The notes under the pieces were generated by a model. It had not been told where the DNA came from, searched no databases, and saw only the letters and a list, made by a program, of their open reading frames with translations. The position numbers were made by a program, and so were the translations under genes. Shown here one piece after another: positions 63,642-64,000 of a stretch of DNA of 64,000 nt (position 1 is its first letter; each line of letters begins with the position of its first letter). The DNA comes from a virus. The stretch lies in IMG/VR virus record IMGVR_UViG_3300048589_001082, positions 1 to 64,000 of that record. One strand, 5' to 3'.

Positions 63642-63893
63642 TCAGTCGATCTCGACCAGCACCACCGTCGCGCCGTCGCGCGACAGGTAGGTGTACTCCC
63701 GCGCCCCGGCGTGGTACAGGAACTCGACGTACTCCCCGCGCCGGCGCGCCGACCAGCCGTGGGAGCCGTCGCCGATGACCAGCCACAGGCGCGGGAAGGC
63801 GCGGCAGAAGGCCACGGCCGCCGACTGCCACGGCGCGGCCTCGACGGTGTAGCGGGCCAGGTACTCCGCTTCGGCCACGTCCGCGCCGAGCAT
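63642..63893 (-). CDS. Hypothetical protein (true start may lie further right)
   Basis: ORF track; near window edge. Confidence 0.5.
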   Translation of the reverse strand: MLGADVAEAEYLARYTVEAAPWQSAAVAFCRAFPRLWLVIGDGSHGWSARRRGEYVEFLYHAGAREYTYLSRDGATVVLVEID

Positions 63894-64000
63894 GACCCGA
63901 CGGCCGCCCTCGACCGCCTCGGCCCACCGGCCGTCCCAGCGCTCCGGCCGGGCGTCGTAGGCGTTGCCGTCGAAGGCCCGCAGCGACCACCCCGGCAGGC

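Overview
The window is a large part (probably most) of a high-GC tailed phage or prophage genome of siphovirus type. Nearly all genes are on the minus strand. Reading in transcription order (right to left): (i) early/DNA-metabolism region with a 1377-aa N6-adenine methyltransferase-SNF2 helicase fusion, a SPOUT RNA methyltransferase, two further adenine DNA methyltransferases, RusA, a LexA-DBD/HTH/LexA-DBD regulator, a GNAT, and a single plus-strand ParB-like + methyltransferase pair; (ii) many small hypothetical genes, a TerS-like gene and TerL; (iii) head genes (protease-scaffold-capsid fusion, two paralogous small head proteins, adaptors, portal, MuF protein with a C-terminal HEXXH domain); (iv) tail genes (tube, chaperones with an apparent +1 frameshift, tape measure, Dit, hub, beta-helix/PKD adhesin); (v) lysis region (membrane proteins, holin, phosphoesterase, multi-domain GH25 endolysin); (vi) accessory genes including a GIY-YIG nuclease. 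A Chloroflexota host is inferred, not shown, from an EAD7-like domain, GAAC-N4-GTTC-like boxes and strong CGGCCG enrichment. I saw no integrase, tRNA, CRISPR array or reverse transcriptase. The best leads are the EAD (death-like adaptor) domain fused to a lysis-cassette membrane protein, the MuF toxin/immunity-like pair, the antisense/SOS-like control of the GIY-YIG gene, a repeated promoter-associated operator, and the nucleic-acid modification toolkit. All family calls are from motif recognition by eye; no searches were run. Many starts were moved from the ORF track using RBS or stop/start coupling.
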